NCBI GenBank assembly: GCA_018902845.1
Contig: JAHIPV010000013.1
Location: 82,766-146,765, forward strand
Reading direction: 5' to 3'
DNA length: 64,000 nt
Source of the DNA: Patescibacteria group bacterium
Lineage (GTDB): Bacteria > Patescibacteriota > Microgenomatia > UBA12405
The position numbers and the translations under genes were made by a program. The notes under the pieces were generated by a model, which had not been told where the DNA came from, did not search any database, and saw only the letters and a program-made list of their open reading frames with translations. Shown here in pieces: positions 29,431 through 38,440 of this stretch (the stretch's first letter is position 1; each line of letters starts with the position of its first letter).

Positions 29431-29504
29431 TCGGGGATACAGGATTCGAACCTGCAACCTCACGCACCCCATGCGTGCGCGCTAGCCAATTGCGCCAATC
29501 CCCG
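29431..29504 (-). tRNA. tRNA-Pro (anticodon GGG)
   Basis: Minus-strand fold: acceptor CGGGGAT/ATCCCCG, D-stem GCGC/GCGC, anticodon stem CACGC/GCGTG with loop ATGGGGT (U33, anticodon GGG, G37), T-arm GCAGG-TTCGAAT-CCTGT, discriminator A. CCA is not encoded. Confidence 0.75.
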
Positions 29505-29526
29505 AGCATTTCTATTATATCTCAAC

Positions 29527-30774
29527 TTATCTCAAAAAATCACCCAACTCGATCAATTTCACATTAGCCGAAAAATCTTTTATTTTTTTTAAAATATTCA
29601 TAGAAACAACATTTATTTTTTTATTAATAAAATCATACCTTTCCAGTATTTTACCATCCAGTTTCATCCCTGTTTTTACTTCAAACAAACCATCTTTGCA
29701 TTCAAAATCAATCTCCAGGTCGTCAAAAATTTCATAATATATTCTATATTTTTCTCTTAACGACTCTCTCCTTAATAATTCAAGGAAAACCGCATTTTCA
29801 ACCAAATGTCCTATCCTTGGTCTAATACTCATCAAGCTTAACACTCCTGTATCGTTAAAATAATATTTCGGATTTGATGATCTACTTATTCGATTAGATC
29901 TTCCTTTGCGATACACGGGATAAACAAGATATACCGATTCCAAGTATTTCAAATAAAATTTGGCTGTTTCATCATCTATTTTCAAGTCTTTCTGAATTCT
30001 CTTTGCGCTTACAGGTGTTGTAATTTTATCAGCCAAATAATAAAGCAAATCCTCCAGAATAACAGGATTTCTTATTCCATAAAGCGACAGAAGATCTCTA
30101 TACAAAGTAGACTCAATTGCTTGTTTTAAATATGTTTGATTATTTTTTAAAACAAATTCAGGATAACCGCCTTTTTTCAAATATTCCTCAAGTAAGTTTT
30201 TCTTTTTATTTTTAGAAAGTCTGGAAACAACCACTCCGTTAAAATTAAGAAATTCAGAAAAACTCAATGGCAATATTTTTTGCAAAAAATATCTGCCAGT
30301 CAATTTGCTGGTTTTTTGCGTCAATATCAAGCTGGAAGATCCGGAAATATAAAACTTTATCTTAGTGTGGTCATACAAAGTTTTTAGATCTGACTGCCAG
30401 TTATCAAGCTCTTGAATTTCATCTACCAATATGTGCAAAGAATCACCGATTTTACATTTATTTAATTTAATTACATCAGTAATTATTTGCCTCAATCCTG
30501 CTTCTTTCACCTCTCTCAAATCAGCGCTCAAAAAAATGATTTTTTTAGGAGATATGCCATGTTTTAACAAGCGGTTTACAACAGAATAAAGAATATATGT
30601 TTTTCCAACCCTTCTTGCTCCAATAAGTATGTCTATTAGTCGATCTTTTCTGTCCATAATTTCTCTCAAATAAGCTGGCCTGTTAAAAACATCATACTTA
30701 AACGTTTTTTTCTCCCACCATGGATTTAATGTTTCTATAAAATCAAAGTCAGTTCTTACATCCATACTACTCAT
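29527..30774 (-). CDS. AAA+ ATPase of the AAA_14/DUF4143 family
   Basis: LIGARRVGKTYIL Walker A. LHILVDEIQEL Walker B. The C-terminal half is DUF4143-like. 415 aa. Confidence 0.6.
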   Translation of the reverse strand: MSSMDVRTDFDFIETLNPWWEKKTFKYDVFNRPAYLREIMDRKDRLIDILIGARRVGKTYILYSVVNRLLKHGISPKKIIFLSADLREVKEAGLRQIITDVIKLNKCKIGDSLHILVDEIQELDNWQSDLKTLYDHTKIKFYISGSSSLILTQKTSKLTGRYFLQKILPLSFSEFLNFNGVVVSRLSKNKKKNLLEEYLKKGGYPEFVLKNNQTYLKQAIESTLYRDLLSLYGIRNPVILEDLLYYLADKITTPVSAKRIQKDLKIDDETAKFYLKYLESVYLVYPVYRKGRSNRISRSSNPKYYFNDTGVLSLMSIRPRIGHLVENAVFLELLRRESLREKYRIYYEIFDDLEIDFECKDGLFEVKTGMKLDGKILERYDFINKKINVVSMNILKKIKDFSANVKLIELGDFLR

Positions 30775-30785
30775 TATATCATTAG

Positions 30786-30831
30786 TCGATTATAATCGAC
30801 CATTAAACAAAGATCGATTATAATCGACCTT
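30786..30831. promoter_or_regulatory. Two copies of the perfect palindrome TCGATTATAATCGA, 16 bp apart, upstream of the ATPase gene; candidate operator overlapping a -10 TATAAT
   Basis: agtcgattataatcgacc (30785-30802) and gatcgattataatcgacc (30815-30832). Each contains TATAAT. They are 10-45 bp upstream of the ATG at 30774 (minus strand). Confidence 0.45.
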
Positions 30832-30838
30832 CCTTGTT

Positions 30839-31510
30839 TTACTCATTCTCAGGACACCTTTTTGATTTCACATATCCCGCCTCTTGTGCTTCTTTTTCAC
30901 TGCAAAACCACTTCTCGCCCACATTTTTTTCCACCACCGTAAACTTATACTGCACGCAACCGGGTAAATAATATTTCTTTTCTTGAGTTGAAGGATCAAT
31001 ATTTCCCTTAATTACACATTCAGGATTTTCCAAATTTTCCATTTGCCTGCATTCGGGCCCAAAAATTCCTCTTTTTTCTTTTCTTGCCAACTCTCCGGCC
31101 TTTTTCAAGTCTTCTTTCTTTGAAGTAGAATCGCTGTGGTATTTTACCCAACCGCCGGCCAGTAATTCTTCGTTAATTAATTTATTTTTCACATAAACCA
31201 AGGCCATGTCTCTTCCCATTTGATCCAAAATTTTTTCTTCCAAAACCACTTTTTCACCACCAACCAATTCTTCTAACTTTTCCTTAGCCTCTTTTCCTCC
31301 GCAAAATTCTAACTCTGGCGCATCTACTTGCCTTAGTCTTAATCGCACTTTTCCATCCAAAACTATCGTGTCTCCATCAATCACCCCAATCACTTTAATC
31401 CCCGGAGTCAGTCTTTTATTTTCTGAATAGAAAAAAACATTTAACACCAAAGATCCGACTAACATTATCCCGCCAATTATTTTTAACCAAAAACTTTTGT
31501 TTCCCTTCAC
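30839..31510 (-). CDS. Secreted thermonuclease (staphylococcal nuclease homologue) with a Cys-containing C-terminal extension
   Basis: N-terminal TM. VIDGDTIVLDGKVRLRLRQVDAPE matches the SNase DGDT...R.IGIDAPE signature. Further on is GGW.KYHSD. Confidence 0.7.
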   Translation of the reverse strand: MKGNKSFWLKIIGGIMLVGSLVLNVFFYSENKRLTPGIKVIGVIDGDTIVLDGKVRLRLRQVDAPELEFCGGKEAKEKLEELVGGEKVVLEEKILDQMGRDMALVYVKNKLINEELLAGGWVKYHSDSTSKKEDLKKAGELARKEKRGIFGPECRQMENLENPECVIKGNIDPSTQEKKYYLPGCVQYKFTVVEKNVGEKWFCSEKEAQEAGYVKSKRCPENE

Positions 31511-31546
31511 TAATCAATTAAAACACAAATTATATATAATCAATCT

Positions 31547-32128
31547 ATGAAAATATTTTTTACCCGTCATGGCGAAGCCATGGACGATATCGAAAACAAA
31601 TATGGTGGCTGGTATGACCCAGATCTATCACCGGCAGGCACAAAAGGAGCTTTAGAAACCGGTCATAAATTAAAAGAAAAAGCTGTCAAAGCCGATCTGA
31701 TTTTAAGCTCACCGCTCAAAAGAGCAATCCAGACGGCAAAAGGCATTGCAAAAGAGTTAAATCTTCCCATCGAAACTTTTGTATATCTAAAAGAACGAAA
31801 CACCTATGGTCTTCTTTGTGGAGTTAACAAAGATGAAGCCAAACAAAAATACCCCGATCTTGTTGATGCCTACCAAAATGATCAAGAAGTTTTGGGTTAC
31901 GAACCTTACGATTTTTTCCTAAAACGGGTCAAAGAATTAATCAAAAAACTCAAATATCGTTCGGAAAAAACCTTAATTTGTGTTACACACGGAAAACTGC
32001 TCAAAGCTTTGTTCAAAGAAATTTTAGGCATAGAAGCCAAAAAGTTTCACGACAACTGCATTGCCGAAATTGATATTGACAAGCAGGGGAATCTCAACCT
32101 TGTCACCACCGACGGTATAGAAATCTAA
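31547..32128 (+). CDS. Histidine phosphatase (phosphoglycerate mutase) family protein
   Basis: IFFTRHGEA is the RHG catalytic motif. 193 aa. Confidence 0.65.
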   Translation: MKIFFTRHGEAMDDIENKYGGWYDPDLSPAGTKGALETGHKLKEKAVKADLILSSPLKRAIQTAKGIAKELNLPIETFVYLKERNTYGLLCGVNKDEAKQKYPDLVDAYQNDQEVLGYEPYDFFLKRVKELIKKLKYRSEKTLICVTHGKLLKALFKEILGIEAKKFHDNCIAEIDIDKQGNLNLVTTDGIEI

Positions 32129-32350
32129 TTATTTCCTCACAATCCCAATTGTTGTCGTATGCCAGGAAACAGAATTAAGAGAACGAACTTTTGTTAATTC
32201 ACGATGTGCAGCAACATCTTTGCTTGCTTGTCGAACAGCTCTTTGTATAGGCAACCAACCTATTCCGGCGAAATGTCTTTCCTCACCAACCCAACCACAA
32301 GGCTCGCCTTCTTCGTTACTAGCCAAACACCTTGCTTGCACATAACTCAT
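32129..32350 (-). CDS. Hypothetical small protein
   Basis: 73 aa, no recognisable motif, GC slightly elevated. Confidence 0.2.
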   Translation of the reverse strand: MSYVQARCLASNEEGEPCGWVGEERHFAGIGWLPIQRAVRQASKDVAAHRELTKVRSLNSVSWHTTTIGIVRK

Positions 32351-32369
32351 TGTTTTTATTATAACTTAT

Positions 32370-32413
32370 TTTTTTCTGCTATTCTTAATTTGTGCATAAA
32401 CCAAAACTTTGCT
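32370..32413 (+). repeat. 44-bp direct repeat copy 1 (identical to 33374-33417 except 1 nt); contains a truncated duplicate of the downstream LTD gene start
   Basis: ttttttctgctattcttaatttgtgcataaaccaaaactttgc. From the gtg it encodes MHKPKLCSSLTLSHF and then stops. Confidence 0.8.
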
Positions 32414-32455
32414 CTTCCCTTACTCTCTCATTTTTAAAGTATAATAATAATAGAA

Positions 32456-32764
32456 ATGAACAAAACACAGCAAAAATATTTAAAAAATTCAGATAAATAC
32501 AAACAACTGGTTTGGGAATACAACATTTCTCCACAAATTTTTTTTAACATACTAAATGGCAAGGAAACCCAAAAGTGGTTTAACAGGCAATGGGCCACAA
32601 CAAAAGTTTTAGAAAATGCCACTTACTATGACGCAATAAATCTTATTGATATGGATTATCTAAAAAAAAACTGGAATATTATAAAATCTAGAATTTTTAA
32701 CAAAAGTATAAAAAATGGATATCAATTCGTACTACAAAAAAAAGCTCTATCCTCTTCAAGATAA
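32456..32764 (+). CDS. Putative AbiEi-like antitoxin (small protein overlapping the AbiEii gene)
   Basis: 102 aa, overlaps the downstream NTase toxin gene by 50 bp. Call is by position only. Confidence 0.3.
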   Translation: MNKTQQKYLKNSDKYKQLVWEYNISPQIFFNILNGKETQKWFNRQWATTKVLENATYYDAINLIDMDYLKKNWNIIKSRIFNKSIKNGYQFVLQKKALSSSR

Positions 32765-33368
32765 AGTTTTAAAAATTTTAGACAAACTAAAAAGCCCCTT
32801 TTATTTAACGGGTGGCACGGCTTTATCTCGTTGTTATTTTAATCACAGGTATTCCGATGATCTGGATTTATTTCTAAATGATAATCCAAAATTTAGAGCA
32901 AATTCAGAAAAAATAATAAAGGAATTAAAAAAAATCTTTAAAGTCCAAATAATTACAAAGGCAGACAAATATTACTCACTCCAAATTGACAAAAAACTTA
33001 AAATAGACTTAATAAACGACGTAGCTTCATACATTGGTAAAACCAAAAAAACTCCTATATATTCCAAAGTCGACAACCCGGTTAATATTTTTTCAAACAA
33101 AATTTCAGCCCTTATAAGCAGAGACGAACCCAAAGATGTAGTGGATATTTGGATTATTTCCAAAAATCAAAAAATTGACTGGGAGCAAATTTTTATAGAC
33201 ACATCATCAAAAGCAATAGGTATTTTTCCGCCAACAGTAGCCCAAAAATTAGACACATTTCCAATTGATCTTATAGATAAAATAAATTGGGTCAAAAATA
33301 ACAAACCTGCAAAAAACTTATTTAAAACAGATATGCAAAAATTAATTCTGGATATTTTAAAGATTTGA
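32715..33368 (+). CDS. AbiEii/AbiGii-family nucleotidyltransferase toxin (DUF1814)
   Basis: FYLTGGTALSRCYFNHRYSDDLDLF matches the family motif (GGTAL...R.S.DLD). Confidence 0.6.
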   Translation: MDINSYYKKKLYPLQDKVLKILDKLKSPFYLTGGTALSRCYFNHRYSDDLDLFLNDNPKFRANSEKIIKELKKIFKVQIITKADKYYSLQIDKKLKIDLINDVASYIGKTKKTPIYSKVDNPVNIFSNKISALISRDEPKDVVDIWIISKNQKIDWEQIFIDTSSKAIGIFPPTVAQKLDTFPIDLIDKINWVKNNKPAKNLFKTDMQKLILDILKI

Positions 33369-33373
33369 TATCA

Positions 33374-33417
33374 TTTTTTCTGCTATTCTTAATTTGTGCA
33401 TAAACCAAAACTCTGCA
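33374..33417 (+). repeat. 44-bp direct repeat copy 2; contains the GTG start and signal-peptide start of the LTD protein
   Basis: ttttttctgctattcttaatttgtgcataaaccaaaactctgc. Confidence 0.8.
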
Positions 33418-34631
33418 TCCCCCTTTTCTTTTTTCTAATTTTCCTTTTGTACAATAACACAAGCTACGCACAAACACCAACTATTATTACGAATCCAAAT
33501 TCGGGAATTTATCTTAATGAAATCATGCCAAATCCGCCAGATGGCGATGAATGGGTTGAAATTTATAATAACAACAATTTTTCTATTATTTTAGAAAATT
33601 GGAAGATTCAAGATGAAACCACAAAAACAAGGCCTATTCCAACTGAAATTATCCAAGCTAAGTCTTATTATGGTTTTTCTGTCGGAAGCGGATTCCTGAA
33701 CAATGGTGGTGATACGGCTAAATTATTAAATGATCAAGGTGTTAATATAAATGAATTCAACTATTCTAAAAGTTCAACGGATTTAAGTTGGTCGAAACAA
33801 ACAGATATTATTTGGTGCGAAGCCGATCCAAGTAAAGGAGAAATCAACGGCACTTGTTTTAAAGCAGCCCCAACTAATACTTCCACTCCAACCAACACTC
33901 CCACCAATTCTCCAACTCCCACCCAAACTCCCACCCCCACAGTCACCCCCACCCCACTCCCTCAACTTTCAGTTCGCATCATCGACATACCCTCTTACAC
34001 CACCCAAAACCAAATTTTTACCATCAAATTTTTAATCGAAAATGCTCCATCTCAAAAAGAATATTATGCCAAGGCTTTTGGTGGTGTTAACGATTATTCT
34101 TCTATACAAACCGAAAACAACGGCAAGTGGCTAAACTATACCGGTAGTTCATGGACTGAATTTCGGTCTTTTAAAGTTGGCGTTGGTGGCTCCGGCAGTT
34201 TTATCTTAACCGCCAAAGTCAAAGAATCCGCCCCAACCGGGGAGTACAAGGTCCAAATCCGTATCAAGCCAACCGACGAGGAAAAAACAACCGATAGCGA
34301 TCTTCACATCCTTCAAGTTTCCCAATCAGTGCCAACACTCGTCCCAACCCCAACCCCCACCCCCACTTCAAAACTTTCTCCCACCCCGACCTTGTCTTCC
34401 ACAGAAAAACTAAAAGAAAAATTATCAGACAAAGATTACGACGGCGATGTTCTGGGTATCACTGATATCACCATGACACCCACCCCAACCAAAACAAATT
34501 CAAAAGAAAAATCCGGCAATCAAAACATTTTCCCGGCTATTTTTATGTTAATTGGTGGCGGACTCTTACTTATTCCTGTCATAATTACCAAAATCAATGA
34601 ATGGAAAAACAACAAACAAACCAACACATAA
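33396..34631 (+). CDS. Cell-surface protein: signal peptide, lamin-tail domain (LTD), Pro/Thr linkers, beta-rich domain, C-terminal TM anchor
   Basis: Signal MHKPKLCIPLFFFLIFLLYNNTSYA. LTD signature IYLNEIMPNPPDGDEWVEIYNNNNFSIILENWKIQD. PT tracts TPTNTPTNSPTPTQTPTPTVTPTP. C-terminal IFPAIFMLIGGGLLLIPVII. Confidence 0.6.
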   Translation: MHKPKLCIPLFFFLIFLLYNNTSYAQTPTIITNPNSGIYLNEIMPNPPDGDEWVEIYNNNNFSIILENWKIQDETTKTRPIPTEIIQAKSYYGFSVGSGFLNNGGDTAKLLNDQGVNINEFNYSKSSTDLSWSKQTDIIWCEADPSKGEINGTCFKAAPTNTSTPTNTPTNSPTPTQTPTPTVTPTPLPQLSVRIIDIPSYTTQNQIFTIKFLIENAPSQKEYYAKAFGGVNDYSSIQTENNGKWLNYTGSSWTEFRSFKVGVGGSGSFILTAKVKESAPTGEYKVQIRIKPTDEEKTTDSDLHILQVSQSVPTLVPTPTPTPTSKLSPTPTLSSTEKLKEKLSDKDYDGDVLGITDITMTPTPTKTNSKEKSGNQNIFPAIFMLIGGGLLLIPVIITKINEWKNNKQTNT

Positions 34632-35049
34632 TCCCAATCTGTCATTGCGCCGTGTCCGCCTCTGGCTGGAAGTGAAGCGTGGCAAAATCTATTATTTCAT
34701 CCCATCAATCCTCTGGATGCTTGTCATTTTTTTTCTCTCCGGCCGTTCCAGTACCGGCATTGGTGGTTCCAGAACTAACCGTTTTTTAATCCACAAAACT
34801 CTTCATATAATAGAATACGCCATTCTTGCCATTACTTTTTACTTCGCCTTTTTTAAAACCAAAATTTTTCCTCAAGTGCAAAAATACACTATTTTTGTCT
34901 CCTATCTCTACGCCCTCACCGACGAACTCCACCAACACTTTATCCCCGGTCGCGACGGCAAAATCTCCGACACCTTTATAGACCTATTAGGAATCCTGCT
35001 TGGTTTATATCTGGTCAAATCGTTTTTACAAAAACGTCAACCAAGTTAG
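34597..35049 (+). CDS. VanZ-family membrane protein (true start probably internal, ~34700-34730)
   Basis: TDELHQHFIPGRDGKISDTFIDLLGILLG is the VanZ-like signature. The first ~30 codons overlap a family C repeat. Confidence 0.5.
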   Translation: MNGKTTNKPTHNPNLSLRRVRLWLEVKRGKIYYFIPSILWMLVIFFLSGRSSTGIGGSRTNRFLIHKTLHIIEYAILAITFYFAFFKTKIFPQVQKYTIFVSYLYALTDELHQHFIPGRDGKISDTFIDLLGILLGLYLVKSFLQKRQPS

Positions 35050-35075
35050 GCAAATTTTTAAAATTAAACTAGTGA

Positions 35076-37385
35076 TTGACATACTCTAACAAAATCATTT
35101 ATCCTAAATTTACCAGTATCATGAAAAAAAGAAACGGTTTCTCAACAATTGCAGCCATGATATTAATGGTGTTGGCACTACCGGTTGCTGTGGTTTTAGT
35201 CAAAAATAATCAGGAATTAAGAAAATCAGCCGCCGGTAATCACTTCATATGTTCTTGGCATCGTCTCTACAATTTATCCCAAAAATGGTTTAGTATTTGT
35301 GAAGGACCGGAGAATTACAAAGATGCCATAGGTCGCGGAGAAAATTTGGGTTATTGTCAAATGCTTCAAGATGACAGTCATTACAATGGCTGTCGAGCCG
35401 ATGGTTATCCGAGCAACGACAAAGAAGTCAGGTGGGTTTACAAAGGCCCCAGAGGGGATACATGTACATACAAATGGGATTTTTGCAGTTCAGAAGCCTC
35501 AGGAAAAAATTGCGAACAAGAAATCAGTCGAAGCTGGAATTTTGCCGAATGTGCTAAGTGTAAACAAATTGATGTTAATTGGAATATGATCATCCCCAGA
35601 GAAGATCAACCCATATATCCGGATGACCCCGTCGATGGTGCTCAGCCAATACCACCGGCTACCAATGACGGCAGTCATATATTTCCAATGGTTGTTATTA
35701 AAAAAATAACCGCCTACAACTGGCATCCGGCCATGACCAAAACCAACAACAATACCAAAATAGATTGGTCCAGTCCTCAAACCCTTATGGACTTTAGAAT
35801 CAAAATTTTTAACCCAAGCAACACAGAGATTAGTTCTACAGACATTCTTCATGGAGATTCTCACATCAACTGTTCCTATGCCACCACTGATTCTTATGAT
35901 GAAAGAGACAACCTAAACCATTATGTAATTTGTAATCTGCAAAACTATATAATCTATACAAGGGAAGATTTAACAAATTTCCAATATCCTCAACAATATT
36001 CTCTGAAAGTTTGGGTCAAAATTGCCTCCTACGGAGAAGATGGCTGGGTCGATTATGATTACACCTCTCCGGATAACAAACTATTTAACTGTGTCAGTAC
36101 TGTTACCGGTCCAACCATTACTCCCACCCCAACTTTTACTCCCACCCAAACTCCAACCTCAACCATAACTCCAACTTTAACGCCCACCCAAACTCCCACC
36201 CCAACTCCCACCCAAACTCCAACTCCAACCACAACCCCCACTCCTACTCCCACTAACACCCCAACTCCAAAGCCAAATATCTGTGGTTACACTCCCTGCG
36301 ATAACTCATCCAGTCCCTGTCAATCTGGTCTAATTTGTGTCGACGCCAACAATGGCAATTCATACTGCTCTATGCCTCAATTTGAAGATGCTTGTGTCGC
36401 CAGACCTTCCTTCTCGTCTTGTTGTACGGCCCCGCCTCCAACCTCAACCCCAACCCCAACCATAACCCCGACTCCAGCCGAAATTTGCAAAGGCCAGTTT
36501 GAGATAAAGATTTGGAAAGATTGGAGAGATTCAAGTTGCAATGGTTGCAACAGGATAATTGATAATTGTGATCACGCTTGGAGCGATAAAACTTATCAAT
36601 ACACCATAACTTATTATGATTCAAACAATACACAAGTTGGTTCCGTTGCTCATGGCAGTTGCGTTGCCAGCAATGGTTCCTGTGGGCCTTTTGATCTAAA
36701 CATTCCCTCCGGTGGACACGCCATAGTAAAAGTTACTCAAGAATCAATGACTCAGGGATGGGCCAGCATAACTCAAGTTGAGCAGTCTTTAACCATCTAT
36801 GAAGATCAAAAAGGAATTTTCAAATATTTAATTTGCCTCGACAGAATGTGTAACGACACCTGTATTGCTTCAGGGGTGGTCAATGGACAAGAAAATTTCT
36901 CAGAAATAATTACTCTAAATTCAAGTTCATGTCAGCCACTTTCATCAGTTCAAAATACGCCGACTTCAACCAGAAATACACCGACCCTAGCCATACCACC
37001 AACCGGTACTCCGCGGCCAACAAGTAGATCTCTACCTACACCTAAACCCACAATCTTAATTAGCGGATCTTGCGACACAGTTGGTGGCAAGTGTACATAC
37101 AAATGGAGATCTTGTAGCAATGGTCACATAGAAAGCAAAACAAGCAGTTGTCAAAAATGGTATTACAAATGTTGCTTACCACCCCAGTCTAGTAATGATG
37201 TTAAACCCACTCCCACCACAAAGCCTGTTCCCACCGCAAAACCAGTCAGTCAATCTTGTAGTACATCCGGTGGTAAGTGCACCTACAAATGGAGATCTTG
37301 TGGCAATGGTTACGTTGAAAGCAAAAATAAAGATGAAAATAGTAGCTGTGGAGGGTGGTTTTACAAGTGTTGTTTACCGTTTTAA
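35076..37385 (+). CDS. Large secreted Cys-rich protein with PT-rich linkers and two C-terminal ~42-aa Cys modules
   Basis: Probable start at M 35121 (MKKRNGFSTIAAMILMVLALPVAVVLV). PT linkers TPTPTFTPTQTPTSTITPTLTPTQTPTPTPTQTP. C-terminal modules GSCDTVGGKCTYKWRSCSNGHIESKTSSCQKWYYKCCLP and QSCSTSGGKCTYKWRSCGNGYVESK...SCGGWFYKCCLP. Confidence 0.4.
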   Translation: MTYSNKIIYPKFTSIMKKRNGFSTIAAMILMVLALPVAVVLVKNNQELRKSAAGNHFICSWHRLYNLSQKWFSICEGPENYKDAIGRGENLGYCQMLQDDSHYNGCRADGYPSNDKEVRWVYKGPRGDTCTYKWDFCSSEASGKNCEQEISRSWNFAECAKCKQIDVNWNMIIPREDQPIYPDDPVDGAQPIPPATNDGSHIFPMVVIKKITAYNWHPAMTKTNNNTKIDWSSPQTLMDFRIKIFNPSNTEISSTDILHGDSHINCSYATTDSYDERDNLNHYVICNLQNYIIYTREDLTNFQYPQQYSLKVWVKIASYGEDGWVDYDYTSPDNKLFNCVSTVTGPTITPTPTFTPTQTPTSTITPTLTPTQTPTPTPTQTPTPTTTPTPTPTNTPTPKPNICGYTPCDNSSSPCQSGLICVDANNGNSYCSMPQFEDACVARPSFSSCCTAPPPTSTPTPTITPTPAEICKGQFEIKIWKDWRDSSCNGCNRIIDNCDHAWSDKTYQYTITYYDSNNTQVGSVAHGSCVASNGSCGPFDLNIPSGGHAIVKVTQESMTQGWASITQVEQSLTIYEDQKGIFKYLICLDRMCNDTCIASGVVNGQENFSEIITLNSSSCQPLSSVQNTPTSTRNTPTLAIPPTGTPRPTSRSLPTPKPTILISGSCDTVGGKCTYKWRSCSNGHIESKTSSCQKWYYKCCLPPQSSNDVKPTPTTKPVPTAKPVSQSCSTSGGKCTYKWRSCGNGYVESKNKDENSSCGGWFYKCCLPF

Positions 37386-37473
37386 CCTACTAATACCAAC
37401 AAACGAATCGGTCTAGTGATAAAAGGTAATTTGTGATACTATGTATGGTTAATTATTTCATAAAACAAAAAAG

Positions 37474-38173
37474 GATAAAAATGTTAAAAAAATCAAAAAA
37501 ACTTATTCTGCCCATTTTGGCAGTCGTCTTCTTTTCAGTCATAGCTTCTTCTGTTATGGCGGTAGGGGACAAAGTTCAACAGGAAAATCGTGGAGGTAGT
37601 GAAAATGCTCAAGGCCCAGGTAATGATAGTGCCGATGATATCGGTAACGAAGATGGTCGTCAAGAAAGTAGGGGTTCAGGCGATCCAACCATGGGTGCCC
37701 CAGCAAACATTAGTAAAGAAACAAGGGAGCATGTTAATGTTGTTGCCCAGGAAGTTGAGAATCTACTTACCATCGAGAGTGCAGACGATGCTGACAATCA
37801 AGGAATTGGTCCGCAGGTTAAATTGATTGCCCAAGAGCAAAAAAGAATTCAAGAGCAAATCAAAACTCAGCTAAACAAGCTGGAAGCCAGACAAGGCTTG
37901 GCAAAAAAGCTTTTTGGCCCTGATTATGGTGCTATAAAGACCATGAACAAATTAATGGAAACCAATCGGGAAAAGCTTGGAGCCTTGACTCAGCTACAGA
38001 CTCAAGTACAAAGTCAAACAGCCAATCAAGGTGCTGACACACAGTTTAAGACAGCCATGCAGACAGCTCTGCAAGGCATGAGTCAGCAAAATACTGCTCT
38101 ACAAGAACAGGTACAAGCGGAACAGCAAACAAAAAGTATGTTTGGCTGGCTTTTCAGGTTTTTCGCTAAGTAA
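37474..38173 (+). CDS. Secreted Gln-rich coiled-coil protein
   Basis: Signal MLKKSKKLILPILAVVFFSVIASSVMA. The Q/A/L-rich C-terminal half is predicted coiled coil. Confidence 0.35.
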
Positions 38174-38189
38174 AATTTAATTCGATTTT

Positions 38190-38226
38190 TACAAAACAAA
38201 GCGGGCTCACGCCCGCTTTGTTTTTC
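38190..38226 (+). terminator. Rho-independent terminator
   Basis: aaagcgggc-tcac-gcccgcttt followed by gttttt. Confidence 0.6.
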
Positions 38227-38440
38227 TCCTCCTGCGGTAAATTTGCTAGCAATATAAGATATTCTCCTCTTGACAATTTTCACACCCCGCCATATTATTC
38301 TTTACAGATGAATTATCACTATATTTTTTATTTTCATCAAAATAAAAACTGGAACGGAAATTCATTGGAACATTAATCCTCCACCAACTGGGGGATTTTT
38401 TTTGTTCTACCGCCCCACCATTAATAAAAACCTGCGTAGC

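Larger units (their letters stand above)
27937..29592 (+). pseudogene. Large serine recombinase interrupted by a single in-frame TAG (28639-28641); the 3' end runs through IR-B and antisense across tRNA-Pro
   Basis: MKYVAYCRKSTDEPDRQILSIEAQ has the catalytic Ser in the resolvase N-terminal domain (IISWHPDRLARN). After TAG the same frame continues GVHKPIITKKLFDKVQ, the conserved G-x-HEPII motif of the recombinase domain. A zinc ribbon (CGECGSS...YYRCSKKKMPC) and a coiled coil follow. The tail beyond ~29430 is probably not native. Confidence 0.65.

Noticed and set aside
36059-36259. Minus-strand ORF translating to a poly-(VG) protein
   Set aside because: It is antisense to the Pro/Thr-rich linker of the 35076 gene. 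Similar antisense artefacts occur at 33761-33965.
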